NCBI GenBank assembly: GCA_951406725.2
Contig: OX597819.1
Location: 92,628,001 to 92,692,000 of the forward strand
From: Octopus vulgaris
Lineage: Eukaryota
DNA: 64,000 bases
Direction of reading: 5' to 3'
Made by a program: the position numbers and the translations under genes
The notes under the pieces: generated by a model
The model's input: the letters and a program-made list of their open reading frames with translations, nothing else
What the model was told of the DNA's origin: nothing
Database searches by the model: none
Part shown: piece by piece, positions 1 through 13,568 of the stretch
Layout of the letters: each line of letters begins with the position of its first letter
Numbering within the stretch: the stretch's first letter is position 1

Positions 1-1313
1 AATTGAACTATGTTTGTTTGCACCAGTACTGCTGAATGATTGTGTTTTTCAATCAGACTTACAGCATTTACGCCGTCAATAAGTCAAGTTTAAATGTGAA
101 CCACAGACCCAAGGAGTCAAATAGTTCCGTAGTATGATACATTAACGTTTAACGTGTAAAGTGCTCTGTGGATATGCATAGATAAACTTCTTCGGATTAT
201 AATAGACTTATTTTCCGGTTGTGAACAGGCGCCGTGGTCTTCTTAGAAAAGTTGTAGCCAAATGTTTGCTGTGAAAAATGATATTTCGAGGATATGCAAA
301 CCTGACTTTTTTAGCGATCTATGCGCATTGAAGTGTATTGAAATTTTTGACAATGATAATTACAAGGAGATTAGAAAAGCACGTTCGGCAGAGAATAGGG
401 AGAATAAAAGAAGAAAGACTGAGAAGGAGAGACATACAGAGAGAGACACAGAGAGAGAGAGAAAAGAAAAAGAGAAGGTGAAAGAAAAGAGAAAGGTTTA
501 AATTTATATATGGCGTAATGTAACACTCACGAGTCAACAAGAAGTAACCTTTCCTGGAAATGTTAGCATCATCTTGAAAGTTATGGGCAACAAACATATA
601 AATGATCTTTGTTGTCTGGAGTGTTTTTCCTTCGGTGGAATTTTCAGGTGCATTGACTTACCCTTTTGCGTTTGCATATAACACTACTGAATTCACTTCC
701 GATTTTAGGAAATCTTTACTATGAGCATTAGATTGTTGTTTATTTTTTTTTCTGATGCTTGTTAACGGAGGGTATCTGAATGATAGCTTACGAGTAAATA
801 ATAACTAAACTGACATTAAATGTCTAACACGCGTGCGTTTACATAAAAAAGGAAACGGCGCGAATCATCATAATGAAAGTAACTCCTTTTCAATATTCAG
901 ATGGTTCCCAGTCCTCCATGACAACAGCGAACGTTTGTTTTCTCAATTAGATCTTTAGTCTTTATGCTCTCCAACGCCGTTCACTGTTCGCTAATACATC
1001 GAGATGTTCTTGACAAAAGAAGGCATCGTCAAATTTAGCACGAACAGCTTGTATGTATGACGGTAATGTTGTTTTTTAATTTCGGTCGTCATCGTGTTAG
1101 CGAAATTCCACGTGGTATAAGGAATATATTATTTTTAATCCACTCTGAATAACACTACGTTTGTAAGTAAAAGTTGTTTCACTTATTGATAATTGGAGAA
1201 ATAGTCTAGTTGATTTAGACTAGAAGAGTCGGTAAAAATGTAGCAGAAAAGGTTAAAAAAAATTTAAACGGTTCTCTACGACAACACTTCTGATGTTGAT
1301 GTCATTATAAATA

Positions 1314-1616
1314 CTAGCAGAAAGACCGCCCTCCGGGCAGTTTTCTGTTGGCCACTTGATAATATTTTTACATTTGATTCCCATTTCTAATAATTTTTAT
1401 GATATTTTACATCTAATTATTTTTGCGTATAATAGTACTCACTTGCTTAGTAAATATTGCTTCATTATTTTATCAGAGTCATATTCTCTCTTTTTTAAAC
1501 AAACATCAAGGTAGTCCAACTGCGGAGGCAGGGGGTGCTGTTTGTCAAGTTTTACCTTCCCCTCAAGGCAACTTAAATATTTCAATTCAGCAGCCCATCT
1601 GTAAGCTTTGCAGTGT

Positions 1617-1654
<38 letters not shown>

Positions 1655-2885
1655 GAAAGAGAGAGAGGGGGAGAGCATAGGAAACAATGAATGAAATAAA
1701 GAAATCGTATAGATAAAAGGGCATAACTACAGATATATACACCCCTGAATTTGTTGCCTCATAACATCCAGAAAAATGGACACATTTTAACGAAATTTTC
1801 AACCAATACCGCTTAGATGTTGCGGCTTCAGAGTATACAGGGATTTATGGGAAAGAATTTTTTCCGAGAAGCAGTTTCAGAAACTTCACACGATCCGAAT
1901 TTTTTCCCTCATAACTTTCAAGAAATTGAATATCATTTAATGAAAGTTTATGCAAATACCTTTCGAACGGCAGAGGTTGTATGGAAAAGTTTTGAAATAT
2001 TTTTTACAACACCCCACCTCCCTCATCATCCCACTCAGGAACTATTTTGATTATCTGTTTTTCTTTTTGCACTTCAAAACCATGAGAGATCCCTTCGGGT
2101 AATTTGTTTTTAAATTGTTAATATTTTCAGAGGAAAAAGTGAGTGATTTACGGGAGATTTGGCTGTTATTTCTATCACATCCCAAGACAACCCTCCTCGT
2201 TTCTTTATCATTCTTGCATGTATTGATCTTTTCAATATTTCCCCCCATAAATACATTTATGTGCTATGAAAAATAAAATTTGAAAATTATGATTTGTTTG
2301 CAACCCCATTCCCTGCCCCCGATTGTTTCTGCTTATAATTTTAAATACTGGAGAGCCTGAAAAGATCATTGCTGGCATTTATCCACAGTGATTTAAAAAA
2401 AGAAAAAAGATTTACGTAAACGATAATTATTTTTATAGCATACATTTCTGTTAGAAAATATTTTTTCCTATACACACACACACGGTTTCGCTTCACTGAG
2501 TTGGGAGGTAAAAATTTAGATTAAATTTTTTTTGTTTTTGCTTATATTCTACTAATGGACCATGCTTGCGTTACTTCGGCATCATCATTCCATAAAATGT
2601 GAAAATGTGTTTAATGGGTGGAAAATATTGAAAAAAACATCAACACATGTGAGAGTGAAAAGGGAATGTGGTTTGGCATGTGCTAGAAACAACTGTGAAA
2701 CCTCTCTTGAATTGTTCATCTTTTCCCCTGAAAATATTTACATTTTTTTTTAACAAAAAGGCTCCTCCAATGGTTTCTAAATTGAAAAAAGTGACCAAAA
2801 TCGGTCCGGATAGTTATTATTGTAAGGCTTATAGCGTACAAACAGACATAACAACAAAATCCCTTTAAAAATGTCATTCAATAGA
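1314..2885 (-). mobile_element. Probable non-autonomous Helitron (Lep1/HINE-like)
   Basis: On the minus strand it starts TC after a host A at about 2885. It ends with a GC hairpin (ctgccc-gga-gggcgg) about 8 nt before CTAG (1314-1317), followed by a host T. A subterminal 'aaaatcggtcc...acaaacagaca' block resembles Lep1-type Helitrons. No coding capacity. Confidence 0.6.
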
Positions 2886-3176
2886 TATTGTCTTTACATT
2901 AATTATATAAAATAAACTGCGTGTTCTGCAAATAGCAAATTAAAATTTGAAATGAAAACATTGAAATAGAAAGTGACAGACTTTGCAAATTGCAACGGAA
3001 TACTCGGAAGTGAATGCAACGAATGTTTAAATTTGTGAAAAGTTCGACTTCAAAAATTCAATAAGCGTCAGAAGTCGAAATTATAGGAAATTTTTGGAAC
3101 ATGATGTTATAAAAAATATTTCCATACGGTAAGCCTTTAATAATTGCTTTCTTTTAGTAACTGTTAAATACCTAAT

Positions 3177-3214
<38 letters not shown>

Positions 3215-3334
3215 GGTTTGGAGATGATGTACAGGTATTACATATTAGAAGAAATGAGGTACTCAGAAATCTGGATTGTTTATATTTACAGATATTTATT
3301 AGTATGTCACATGTTTTATAATTCATATATCATA

Positions 3335-3374
3335 TAATAGCGCTTTCGTCCACTATAGTGGAGTTGTCAGATTA
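3335..3374 (-). ncRNA. Minimal hammerhead ribozyme motif, mutated (CUGACAA core)
   Basis: Minus strand reads taat CTGACAA ctccactatagtggac GAAA gcgc ta tta. It is the mirror copy of the motif at 3916 with G8->A. Confidence 0.6.
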
Positions 3375-3915
3375 AACCTTTTCAGAAATTTTGTCTCTTT
3401 TTATAGTATTATTGAGTGTGTAGGCGTGGAGAAAGATATACGATAGTACAAGAGGGTGAGGAATGGGGAAAAAGTGAGAGAGAGCGTGTGTGTGTGTGTG
3501 ATTTTGTATCTGAAAGATTTGTTAAAGGAAAAGAGAAGGAAAGGAAGAAGAAGGAGAGAAAGAAGAAAAAATGTGCAGCTGGTTAGTCTTTCAATAGTAA
3601 ATGATTCTTGGCTTTTAGAAATGGCAAACTCAGCTGGTCACTCCAAGGGGATCAAAAACCAATAATCATTTACTATTGAAAGACTGGTCAGCTGCAAAGA
3701 TATCAACACATTTTTCTACTTTCTCTCATTCTTCTTCCTTTCCTTCTCTTTTCCTTTAACACTGTTTTCAGATACAAAAGCACACACACACACACACACG
3801 CTCTCTCCCTCTCATTTTCTCCCCATTTCTCCCCCTCTTGTGCTATCTTATATCTCACTTCCCCCCTACACACTCAATAATACTATAAAAAGAGACAAAA
3901 TTCCTGCAAAAGTTC

Positions 3916-3954
3916 AATCTGACGACTCCACTAGAGTGGACGAAAGCGCTTATT
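3916..3954 (+). ncRNA. Minimal type I hammerhead ribozyme
   Basis: aat CTGACGA c-tccact-ag-agtgga-c GAAA gcgc TT att. Core, stem II, palindromic stem III and 3-bp stem I are all present. Confidence 0.75.
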
Positions 3955-3996
3955 ATGATATATGATTTATATAACCATGTGACATGCTAATAAATA

Positions 3997-4079
<83 letters not shown>

Positions 4080-4289
4080 GGAAAATAAGACAAGGTAGAA
4101 AATGCTGAATTAATTTTAGCGTGAAATACATTCGGTAACGGTTAGTACCGGTTTTAGCCTTTTCCACTTTTTCAACTGAGAGTAAAACAAAGGTGGATAT
4201 TAATTAAGAGGAAAAACGATTAAGCTGAAGAAAAAATTAAATCAAATGTTTTGTAAATATTTCTATAGTCTTCAAATGGAAAAAGGATT

Positions 4290-5643
4290 GTAGTGTTGGG
4301 CCTTTTCATTGTATGATGTGTCTTCCAATATGGATAGCACTAGAGTTATATAGTATAGTATGGTATATAGTAGTCCATTAAGGCTAATGCACTCCCTTTC
4401 TCAGCCTCTTTGATTGTTATTGTTTTACCATCCTTTAATCTGTTCAGCTCAGCTCATTCTGTTTTGCTGAAGTTTGGGTTCTATCTTTTGCCTGTGTATG
4501 TTTTGATATGGGTAATTCGTGATGTGTTCACAGAAATGGTCAAGAATTTTGTTCTTACCTATTTCTGGTTAAAAATTCGTCCGCTTTGTATTTGTCGTAC
4601 AGTTCTTCGACGAGTCGGAACTTTCTAGAGAATACTGCTACATCTTTCATTTCGCTGTGGTTAGGACGTTGGGGGGGGGGGATTTGAGCCCTGTGGAGAA
4701 TATGTTGATTTGTTATGGTGTTAGTTCTTTGTGAGTTAACGTGATGACTTTTATCAGTTTTCGTTTCTCCTGTAGGTCTGGTGCTATCTCGTATCCCTGT
4801 GTCTGTGTACTAGGTCTAAAAAAGGATTGAGGTGGTTGAGACGGTAGCTGTTATGTAGTTTCCCCCTGTCGTTGTGAAGTTCCCCGATGTCGTGATTTAT
4901 GGTGTGGGTCCTTGGATAGGGATTGAAAGTCCCTATATTCCATGTTCGGATGTGGTGCTTTAGTGGGCTGTCGTTGGTAATTATTTCGTGTGGTATAGGT
5001 TTGTTGTGCGTGGTTGTTAAGTGGGTTGTTGGAATAAAAATTACGTTGGTATCTCCTTATGAGGGAAGATTTGTAATGTCTACCCTGTGGGTAGTTATTT
5101 CTTATTTCTTTGTTTGATGTTGGGGAATCTCCGCTGTTGCTTCGCGGGGTGGGGGCAGTTATGAAGCTAGGGTTAGGTCTTATATTCTTTTTTGGTAGGG
5201 GAGATGGTTCTGTTTTTTAGATGGGTGTGAACCTATGTTTGAGTGTTGCTTTGATTTTATTATTTTTAGGAAAGGGTTGTTGGAAACGTATTCTGGCATT
5301 AGTTGAACGCTATTTATTGCTTGGAGTCCGTGGGCTTATAGCATGTGTCTGTTTCTATTTTGCTGCTGGATTTCTAAATGAGGATGCAAGGAATGGAAGT
5401 TGTTGGTGGCTATTTTCTATCGTAAATTGAATGTTTATGTCAAGTCCATTTAGAAGTGTTTGAAATTCTTTAAGTCACTCTATACTCTCATGCCAAAGAA
5501 TGAGGCAATCATCTAGATATCTCTTACAGTTATTTTCTATGTAAAGGCGAATGGGTTTCTGCATTTTTCTAGTTCCTTACGATAAAGAGCGATTTCTAGG
5601 TACCTCATGACTAAGTTAGCAAAGGCGGGGGGCATTCTCGTAC

Positions 5644-5647
<4 letters not shown>
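4290..5647 (-). pseudogene. Degenerate Penelope-like element RT fragments
   Basis: Minus-strand reading from 5647 to about 5295 gives MGTRMPPAFANLVMRYLE...KRYLDDCLILW...IQFT..LPFL...YKPTDSKQ. Reading from about 4760 to 4290 gives STGLKS..PTS...FSRKFRL...TITIKEAEKGSALALMD. Both are homologous to the ORF at 21411-22800. Many stops and frameshifts. Confidence 0.85.
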
Positions 5648-5717
<70 letters not shown>

Positions 5718-5721
<4 letters not shown>

Positions 5722-6026
5722 AGAGTTTACGAAAATAACAAAAGACGAAGACAGGTGGTGTACAAAACAAACTGATGTATGAGTATAACGCTCAGGAATA
5801 AATAGGAAAAGTCTTTTACGTTTGAGCCTACGCTCTTCTACAGAAAGGGACACACAAAAAACAAGGAGAGAAAAAAATGTTTGTAGTGGCTAACGATCTA
5901 TCATGGCGACATGTGCCGGACAGAAGGGTCAAACACGAGGAGGAAAGTAGGGGAGATAACAAGGTAAAGATGACCCCCAAGACAAAGGTGCGTGTGTGTA
6001 TAAGAGAGTATGTATGTGCGTGTGAA

Positions 6027-6027
<1 letters not shown>
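5718..6027 (-). mobile_element. 3' terminal (pLTR-like) fragment of PLE family B, flanked by (TA)n
   Basis: Reverse complement aligns with 25150-25440. Contains an HHR-like motif at 5813-5847. Confidence 0.75.
5813..5847 (-). ncRNA. Hammerhead variant, degenerate (CUGUAGA core, G12 lost)
   Basis: Minus strand reads cttt CTGTAGA a-gagc-gtag-gctc AAA cg TA aaag. Confidence 0.5.
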
Positions 6028-6101
<74 letters not shown>

Positions 6102-7086
6102 CAACTGTTAGTGAGTTTATGAATGGATGCAGAAACAGAGAGAGAAATGTACTGAAACCAACATAAAGGAGAAGGATACATTTTGATATGATCACTTCAA
6201 TTAGTAAAGGATGTTTTGTATCACGTTGCAACTCTTTCTTACAAACTGTTGAGATGGCTGACGTTCTCTCTCAGTTTGAAGTTTACCGTTCAAGTTGTAG
6301 GAATAAAAAGCATGCCTAGCAATAGAGTTCCAGTGTTTATGCATTGAAACAAACGGGAAATGTTTATGCGAAATATTTGGAGCGGTGCTTTGTACATAAA
6401 ACACAGTAGGTTTGTTGGGAAAAAATAAGAAAATGATCAAGGTGAGCCTGAGAGGGGATGGTATGCAACTTCTTATTTCAGAGCATCAGGAAGTGTTGTG
6501 ATAAGTGGAGAAGAGGCAGCTGGAAGATACGGTGTGTCTGTGTGTAAAAGATTTCATCGCGTAAATTGAGTTAGGACTTTTCTTGGATGCAAACAAAAAC
6601 ATTTGCAATAACTATCTTCGAAATATGAGCATCACTGCATTATGCTACACCTGGTTTGTGTAACCAACCTGTTGACAACTGTTCACTGCAGAAAAGTAGT
6701 ACTATTTTTTTACAATGAAAGCAAAAAAACCTCACACTCTTACGCACGTGCAAACACACACAGAAACACACACACAGACACACACACACTGTTGTGGTGA
6801 AATCACCCTGTGGGATAGGAAGTCAACTGTCCTAAACCGTATAAAGGTGCATGCGCACTATCAGTAAAGAGACAATGTAGTATGTGCAGGCGCTTTGTGA
6901 AGAAAGTTACAGAAGTCGTTGAGAAGAGATATTGTTTGTTACGTGTTGTTTCTGATTTATTATTGTATTGTTATAACATTGTTATAAGTCCAAGTTATAA
7001 AGTAGCATATGCAGTGACTTCAAAGAAGGACATAACAGTGTCGACCACACACACACACACACACACACAAACACGTGCGTGGCTTG

Positions 7087-7680
7087 AATTTTTATATATT
7101 GGAAACTTGAGTGAACTACTGCCATCTCTAGCAGATAAGGTGTACAGCACTGAGGAAAGACAGAAATGGCCCGAAACTGGGCTGGTTTGCTGGTCCTGTC
7201 GCTAGAGGGTAGAAAGAGTTCGCCTCCCTGCTTGCAATATATCGGCTGCTGGTTGCATCGTTAACCAGCCGGAGATGTCTTCTTGGGATTAAAAATTCGC
7301 AGTAACGTCCTTTCTTATGGAACGGCCACGTTGATGTGGCGACAAGCATTACTTTCCGGTACAGTTACTGCTTTCATCTCTTACAGAGATTTTATAAGCA
7401 GCTACTGTGCTTGTTGCAAGATCAGCATCTGAATGTCACTTAAATTTTTATATGCTGGAAACGAGCGAACTACTGAAATCTCTAGCAAACAAGGTGTCAA
7501 GCATTGAGGAAGGGACAGAAATAGCCCGAAGCTAAGGCTTCGCTCCCCTTCTTGCAATATATCGGCTGCAGGTTGTATCGTTAACCAGCTAGACGGGATG
7601 TCTTCTTGGAGTTAAAAATTGCATTAACGACTGTTCTTATGGTACAGCCAGGTTCATGTAGCGACAAACATTACTTTTAT
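7087..7680 (+). repeat. Diverged head-to-tail tandem (~354-bp unit, ~1.7 copies), each copy with a decayed hammerhead
   Basis: 7087-7441 aligns with 7442-7680. Copy 1 has agca CTGAGGA aagacagaaatggccc GAAA ctgg gct (core at 7150). Copy 2 has agca TTGAGGA agggacagaaatagccc GAAG ctaag gct (core at 7504). Confidence 0.7.
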
Positions 7681-7779
7681 ACACAATTACAGCACACACA
7701 CGCGCACACACACATACATACATACACACGCACACACACACACAAACACACGCACACACACGTATGCATATGCAGTTGT

Positions 7780-8012
7780 GGAGGCGCGTGGCTTCGTGGT
7801 TAGAATGTTGGCTTCATGATCAGAAGATTATACTTTCCATTTCTGGACCGGGCGATGTGCTGTGTTCTTGAGCCAAGCACTTCATTTCATGTTGTCCACA
7901 CAGCTCTTAAAGTGAGTAATTCTGCGACAGACAAGCTTCCTGTCAAAGGTAAATATATATACGTCATGAAACCAGGGAACGGCCCTTATGAGTCGGTATG
8001 ACCCTAGAAGGT
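7780..8012 (+). mobile_element. Degenerate tRNA-derived SINE
   Basis: The head ggaggcgcgtggcttcgtggttag resembles the head of the SINE at 15488. Confidence 0.55.
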
Positions 8013-8045
8013 AAGTTTAACTGTTTCTTTAGATTTAAAATTGTT

Positions 8046-8280
<235 letters not shown>

Positions 8281-8282
8281 AC

Positions 8283-8500
8283 AAGGCGGCGAGCTGGCAG
8301 AAACGTTAGCACGCCGGGCGAAATGCGTAGCCGTATTTCGTCTGCCGTTACGTTCTGGGTTCAAATTCCGCCGAGGTCGACTTTGCCTTTCATCCTTTCG
8401 GGGTCGATAATTTAAGTACCAGTTACGCACTGGGGTCGATGTAATCGATTTAATCTGTTTGTTTGTCCTCTCTGTGTTTAGCCCCTTGTGGGTAGTAAAG

Positions 8501-8505
<5 letters not shown>
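8283..8505 (+). mobile_element. Nin-domain-type SINE
   Basis: tRNA-like head with B box (gggttcaaattcc), then the core gcctttcatcctttcggggtcgataa..taagtaccag typical of Nin-domain SINEs. Many copies in the window. Confidence 0.8.
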
Positions 8506-8558
<53 letters not shown>

Positions 8559-8872
8559 GCATCTATGTATATTTATGATATAGAAGAACAATATGTTCTT
8601 CGTGGCTTTATATTTCGAGAACTTTGCCTGAAATGATTGTTTTATAAAAATAAAAGAAAGATATAATTTTTTTTTATATAAAAGGAATTGTTTATCTTGT
8701 TTTGTGAGATCATTGAAACGAACGATCGTAATGAAGACACGGAATATCAGTGTCTCATCTGGAACAGAACGACAATTTCTGTGCTCAATGCATCAATTAC
8801 AAAAAATACTTGTTAAATTACTCAGAACTATTCTTGCCATTAACATTTAATATATGTACTTACATGCATAAA

Positions 8873-8926
<54 letters not shown>

Positions 8927-10779
8927 GGTATGTATGTACGTATATGCGTGTTTGTGTTTGTGTGCGTGTATGCGTGGTGTATGCATTCTTACATGCACAC
9001 AAGCACATATACATAGCAAGACAGTTATTCTTTGGCTTTATACAATTTATGAATTTCCACTTTAGCACATATATGGTTTTCCCTGATGTTTTCTTATTTC
9101 TGTTTGATGCACCCCAGAAAACATCGAAATGATTATTAGCAAAAACCTGATAGAACATTTCTTTTCTTTCCATAATTTGGTTCCATACTATTTTCAAATG
9201 CGACCATCGACAATTAGATCAAGAAGAGGGTTAGTGCAGCTCTAACTGTAGTATATGGTTTCGATTAAAAAGGGTTCAAGATCCCTCAACTTAAAACCAC
9301 TATGCTGTCCATGTAGCAAGGGATAAGTATCAACACATTTACTTGTGCGTGGAAGATGTGGCCTATTCTTTATTGACATCGCATCAAAAAGCTTGAACAG
9401 TTCCATTAAACAAAACTTCACTCATTTCTTCTTATTCACTTGGACAAATTAAGAAGACAAAATCTATGTACTTGAAGAAACCGAACTGAAAATCATCGAA
9501 GTAATAATGAAAGTGAGGCATCAGCTATGTTAATTTAGACATGGTCAAGGGACGAGCATTCAGTAACTACCGAAGGTCATGTTTTATTGTGAACTGGCAG
9601 TTTGATGGATTGTAAACATCAGTCTGATGGATACAGCTGTCACTCAGAGACTGCCTCAAGTTGAACTTGATATTCTGTAGCAGCCAACCAGAGACGTTCG
9701 AGACTATCGCGGAGGATAGAAAGCAACGGAAGGATCCTTATCCTCTTCACTACGATCTCTTTGAGCGAGACAAGGAAACGAAGAGAACCACAGACAACAT
9801 ATGTGGAAGAGAAAGCTAGCTAACCTTGATGTATAAAAAAAGCAAGCAATAATCTTGTACAAAGGTTGTCATGAAATGCTTGAAACAAATTTAAGTCTTC
9901 AGAGTCATATGAGTTCCCATGTTAGAAGAAGGCGAAATAAAGAAATTTGAAATGAATGACACAACCCTATATAGAAAGCTATCGGCATCAACAACACGAT
10001 AACAGCAATCAATTTAGAAGTACCATCTTAATGCTTATTTCCATCCATCTGCAGTAATGATTTAGCCTACACCGAAACTAGCATTCAATTTAAACTTGTG
10101 TCTTACATTTTGCTAAATAGTTTTGAGATTGAATGAGAGAGTTGGAAATGTCAAGCCAAAAACGGACAAGAAAATCAATTTCATTACAAAAGAAAATTAT
10201 ATTTAAAAAACTGCAAAAAAATATATAAAATAAACGAATCGATAATTAGAAAATTTAAAAGAAACGAAGAATTTGCCAGAGACAGTATATAGCAGGACGA
10301 TCACTAAGTTTAAATCACACATCATACATAATAAATAACATTATAGAAGCAACGGAGAAAAAATTAAAAAAAAAATTTTGGATAGGAGGAAACAAATTGC
10401 ATTCACCTACCTTTGATAAACAAGAATAACTAAAACCATTTAGTCAAATGCATTAAGAATCGAACATCTATATGTATGTGTCCTCTTCGTCACATATACA
10501 ATGTCAGAGTGGCGAGAATGTAAAAAAAAACTTTTTAAAACAGTTTCTAGGTGAGGATGCTTAAGTCCTTATTTGCCAGTTCAGGTCACGTGGGTAATTC
10601 AGCTAGCCAGTGACATCACTTCTATTTCATCCTGTATATTGCAGAGCCGATACATTGTCAGTAACCGCTCCGGGAGGTGTAGTATTCCAACGACAACATT
10701 TACCGCGTGCAGAACTAACAACAATGCTTTTTGAAAATATTGACTGACGCTTGACAGTAGAGACTTCAGTAACGAGTAC

Positions 10780-11715
10780 ATTGTATGGGGGAATCATCGC
10801 AATCCATGCAACAGGTATTACATGCTTTTCACTGTACAGGTGGGTTGGTGAGTGACAGCTAAGCTTACTTTAGTATATCCTGGTTATCATGCTAATATTT
10901 TGAGGCTCATAAACAGGGGTTATCTCTGGTGATATCAATAGAAAAAACTGGCTTTATTCTTATTTGATGCAGTGGAAAATATGTACCCCTGGTTTATAAG
11001 ATGTGATGCTTCACAAGGATGCTTCACGCACTTTTGGGGAAGTGGTTTCCTTGATCTCAGGGTTTCCAAAGTCGAAACGGAAGAGATGTGGAGTGTTGCT
11101 TGTTCCTACACCTGAAGGAGTGCATGAATTTCATAAATTGTTTTTTGAAATCATTGTCTCTTATGTTCATGTAGTGTCACACCAGGTAGAGTGAGAATAG
11201 ATTTATAGACTACAGCCTTTATGAGGAAGGATCTTCCTAGAGAACAGTTGGGATGACTTTGACAGTTACAAGTTCGGGTCTGGAGCGTAGAATGTGTGGT
11301 TTTGTGTGTTTCTATTGTAGCAAGTGATGCCGGAAGTGATACGTCAAAAATTAATGGTCCCTTTCCTGGGTTTTTTTTTCTGGTAAGAAAGAGCCTTGTG
11401 TAAGAGTAGCGTCCATACATTCATAATCATTCTGATAACATGATTGCTACTTTTAGTAATTTGTTTGCAGAAGGCCAGAGCTTCCAGCAAGAAGGGATTT
11501 CAGTTCTGAAGGGTAAAATCTACGATATCAAATGGGGGTGTAATTTGCAGGCTTCTTGGTCACTGATGTAGCACTATAATAAATCCCTTCCGCATGACCG
11601 AGAAGATGACATCAAGGTAGTGTATGAGGGAATCATCGCAATCCATGGAACAGGTATGCTTTTCACTGTGCAGGTGGGATAGTGAGTGACAGCTAAACTT
11701 ACTTTAGTATATCCC
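10780..11715 (-). pseudogene. Degenerate PLE GIY-YIG endonuclease (a different PLE clade) between ~90-bp direct repeats
   Basis: Minus-strand TCNCQSHPNCSLGRSFLIKAVVYKS matches the PLE CNC..CPLxGxCL...VVY linker/EN start. 10788-10880 is repeated at 11628-11715. Confidence 0.55.
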
Positions 11716-11899
11716 TCCCTTCGGGGATTTTTTTAGCCTGGAAAGAAAGTTGGGCCCGCAGTCCTTAAGTCTAATATGGAGGCCGTATTGATATGGTCTA
11801 CACAATCTTCTATCATTACTTGGATAGCTGGCTTCTTTTTTTTTGGTGTCTATGTAGTTGATCTTAGAAAAATCTCACGATGCATTTTTCCAATGCTCT

Positions 11900-12600
11900 A
11901 AAAATCTTACCAGCTCGCCGCTTTTACGTGATTAGACAATAGTCTGAAATTTTGGCATAAAGACAGCAATTTTAAAGAGAGGTTTAACTCGATTAAATCG
12001 ATATTAGTGCTCAACAGAGATTTGTTTATCTATCTCGTAATGTTAGGAAGGTAAAGTCAACCGAAGTGAAATATGAACTTGGAGCGTAAGCAGCCAGAAA
12101 AATCCAGCTAGTACTTACGTCCGACGCACTAAGGATTCTGCTAGCTGGCCGCTTTTACGAGATTAAATATTAAATTCTTTCTAATAATAATCATGAACAA
12201 GGTAAGTCGTTATTTTGTCAATCACGAAAGGATGAAAGTCAAAGTCGACAGCGATGGATATAAACCCAGAGCGTAAAGACGGACGAAATACCTGTTTCTT
12301 TGCTACCCGCATTGGGCTAAACACAGAGAGGACAAACGAGGACAGACAAACGGATTAAGTCGATTATATCGATCCCAGTGCGTAACTGGTACTTATTTAA
12401 TCGCCTCCGAAAGAATGAAAGGCAAAGTCGACCTCGGTTGAATTTGAACTCAGAACGTAACAGCAGACGAAATACCGCAAGCATTTCGCCCGGTGCGCTA
12501 ACGATTCTGCCTGCTCGCTGCGCTCATGATATCAAATAATCCTTTCTACAATAGACACAAGATCTGACATTTTGGGGGAAGAGGACAAGTCGATTACACC
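11900..12600 (-). mobile_element. Cluster of Nin-type SINE copies
   Basis: 12290-12520 is the reverse complement of the 8283 family. Older partial copies lie at 11900-12290. Confidence 0.75.
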
Positions 12601-13568
12601 GTGCCAACGAAACTGCCAGCACGCCTCCTTTATGTGATTAAATAAAAAGAAATGTTTATCAATTAAATGAATTAGTAACTTAAAATTGCTAAAATTATTT
12701 TCCGTATTTATATTTAAATATCTGCTAGTGATTTTATTTTTCATTCAGTCAAATTTTAATCAGTCATATCCCCACATATTTTATTAAATATCTTAGAATA
12801 TAACTATATTTATGACAAAGCGAATGGAACAAATCATATGAATAATTTGATATACGTACAAATACACAGTTCTAGGCATCGCTTTCATTGCTGTATTAAG
12901 AAGCATAAAGTGATCTACCAACTTGCTATTGGCTGACACATAATCATTTGAATTTTAAAACTGACAGTAAAATAATTATCTTTAACCAGGTGATATTCTG
13001 AAAGAATATTTCTCTTCTTATTTGCTATGAAACTGTCCAGATTAAAATATGATTGATTCTTCAATTTGCTCTGCCGAATAGCTGACGCCTAAATAAACTT
13101 GATCATTAATATTTTTTTCTAAATTCGGGCTCCTTATGCTCACAGTAATGTATAATAGAATCTGTTGATAGGAGAAATATTTTCAAGTTGGCGGTTCAAG
13201 TTAAGACAGTTTGAAAGGGTAGTAATTTCAAAGAAGACTGAACCCCCCACCCCGAAGGATCTTTGGCTGGATTCTTATTCCTGTATCTGAGACATGTTTT
13301 TCTAATTCTAATATTCTTTTATAATTTGTAGTTTGAAATATTATTTGTTATAATTTATTAATATTTATTAAGCTCTCATTAATTGCATCAGAACATATCG
13401 TGATGTGACTCCATTCAAAATGAAATCAAAAAGAATTGAATTGTAACAGTTACTAGATGATAATTCACTAGCGTTCTATTTGTAACTAGAGTTACAAATA
13501 GAAAAACAACAACAATCAGAAAGTTATTCCAATACTTAGTGTTATCGCATGAATCGTAAATTCATGCA

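Larger units (their letters stand above)
3209..4002. mobile_element. Fold-back (inverted-duplicated) PLE-type non-autonomous element between (TA)n tracts
   Basis: Arms 3287-3610 and 3659-4002 are diverged reverse complements with a ~48-bp spacer. Each arm carries a hammerhead motif. (TA)n lies on both flanks. Confidence 0.8.

Noticed and set aside
6130-6470. Possible hAT transposase relic (HFP motif); similar weak traces at 9200-10450, 12640-12740, 14880-15110 and 57940-58200
   Set aside because: Too decayed to classify by eye.
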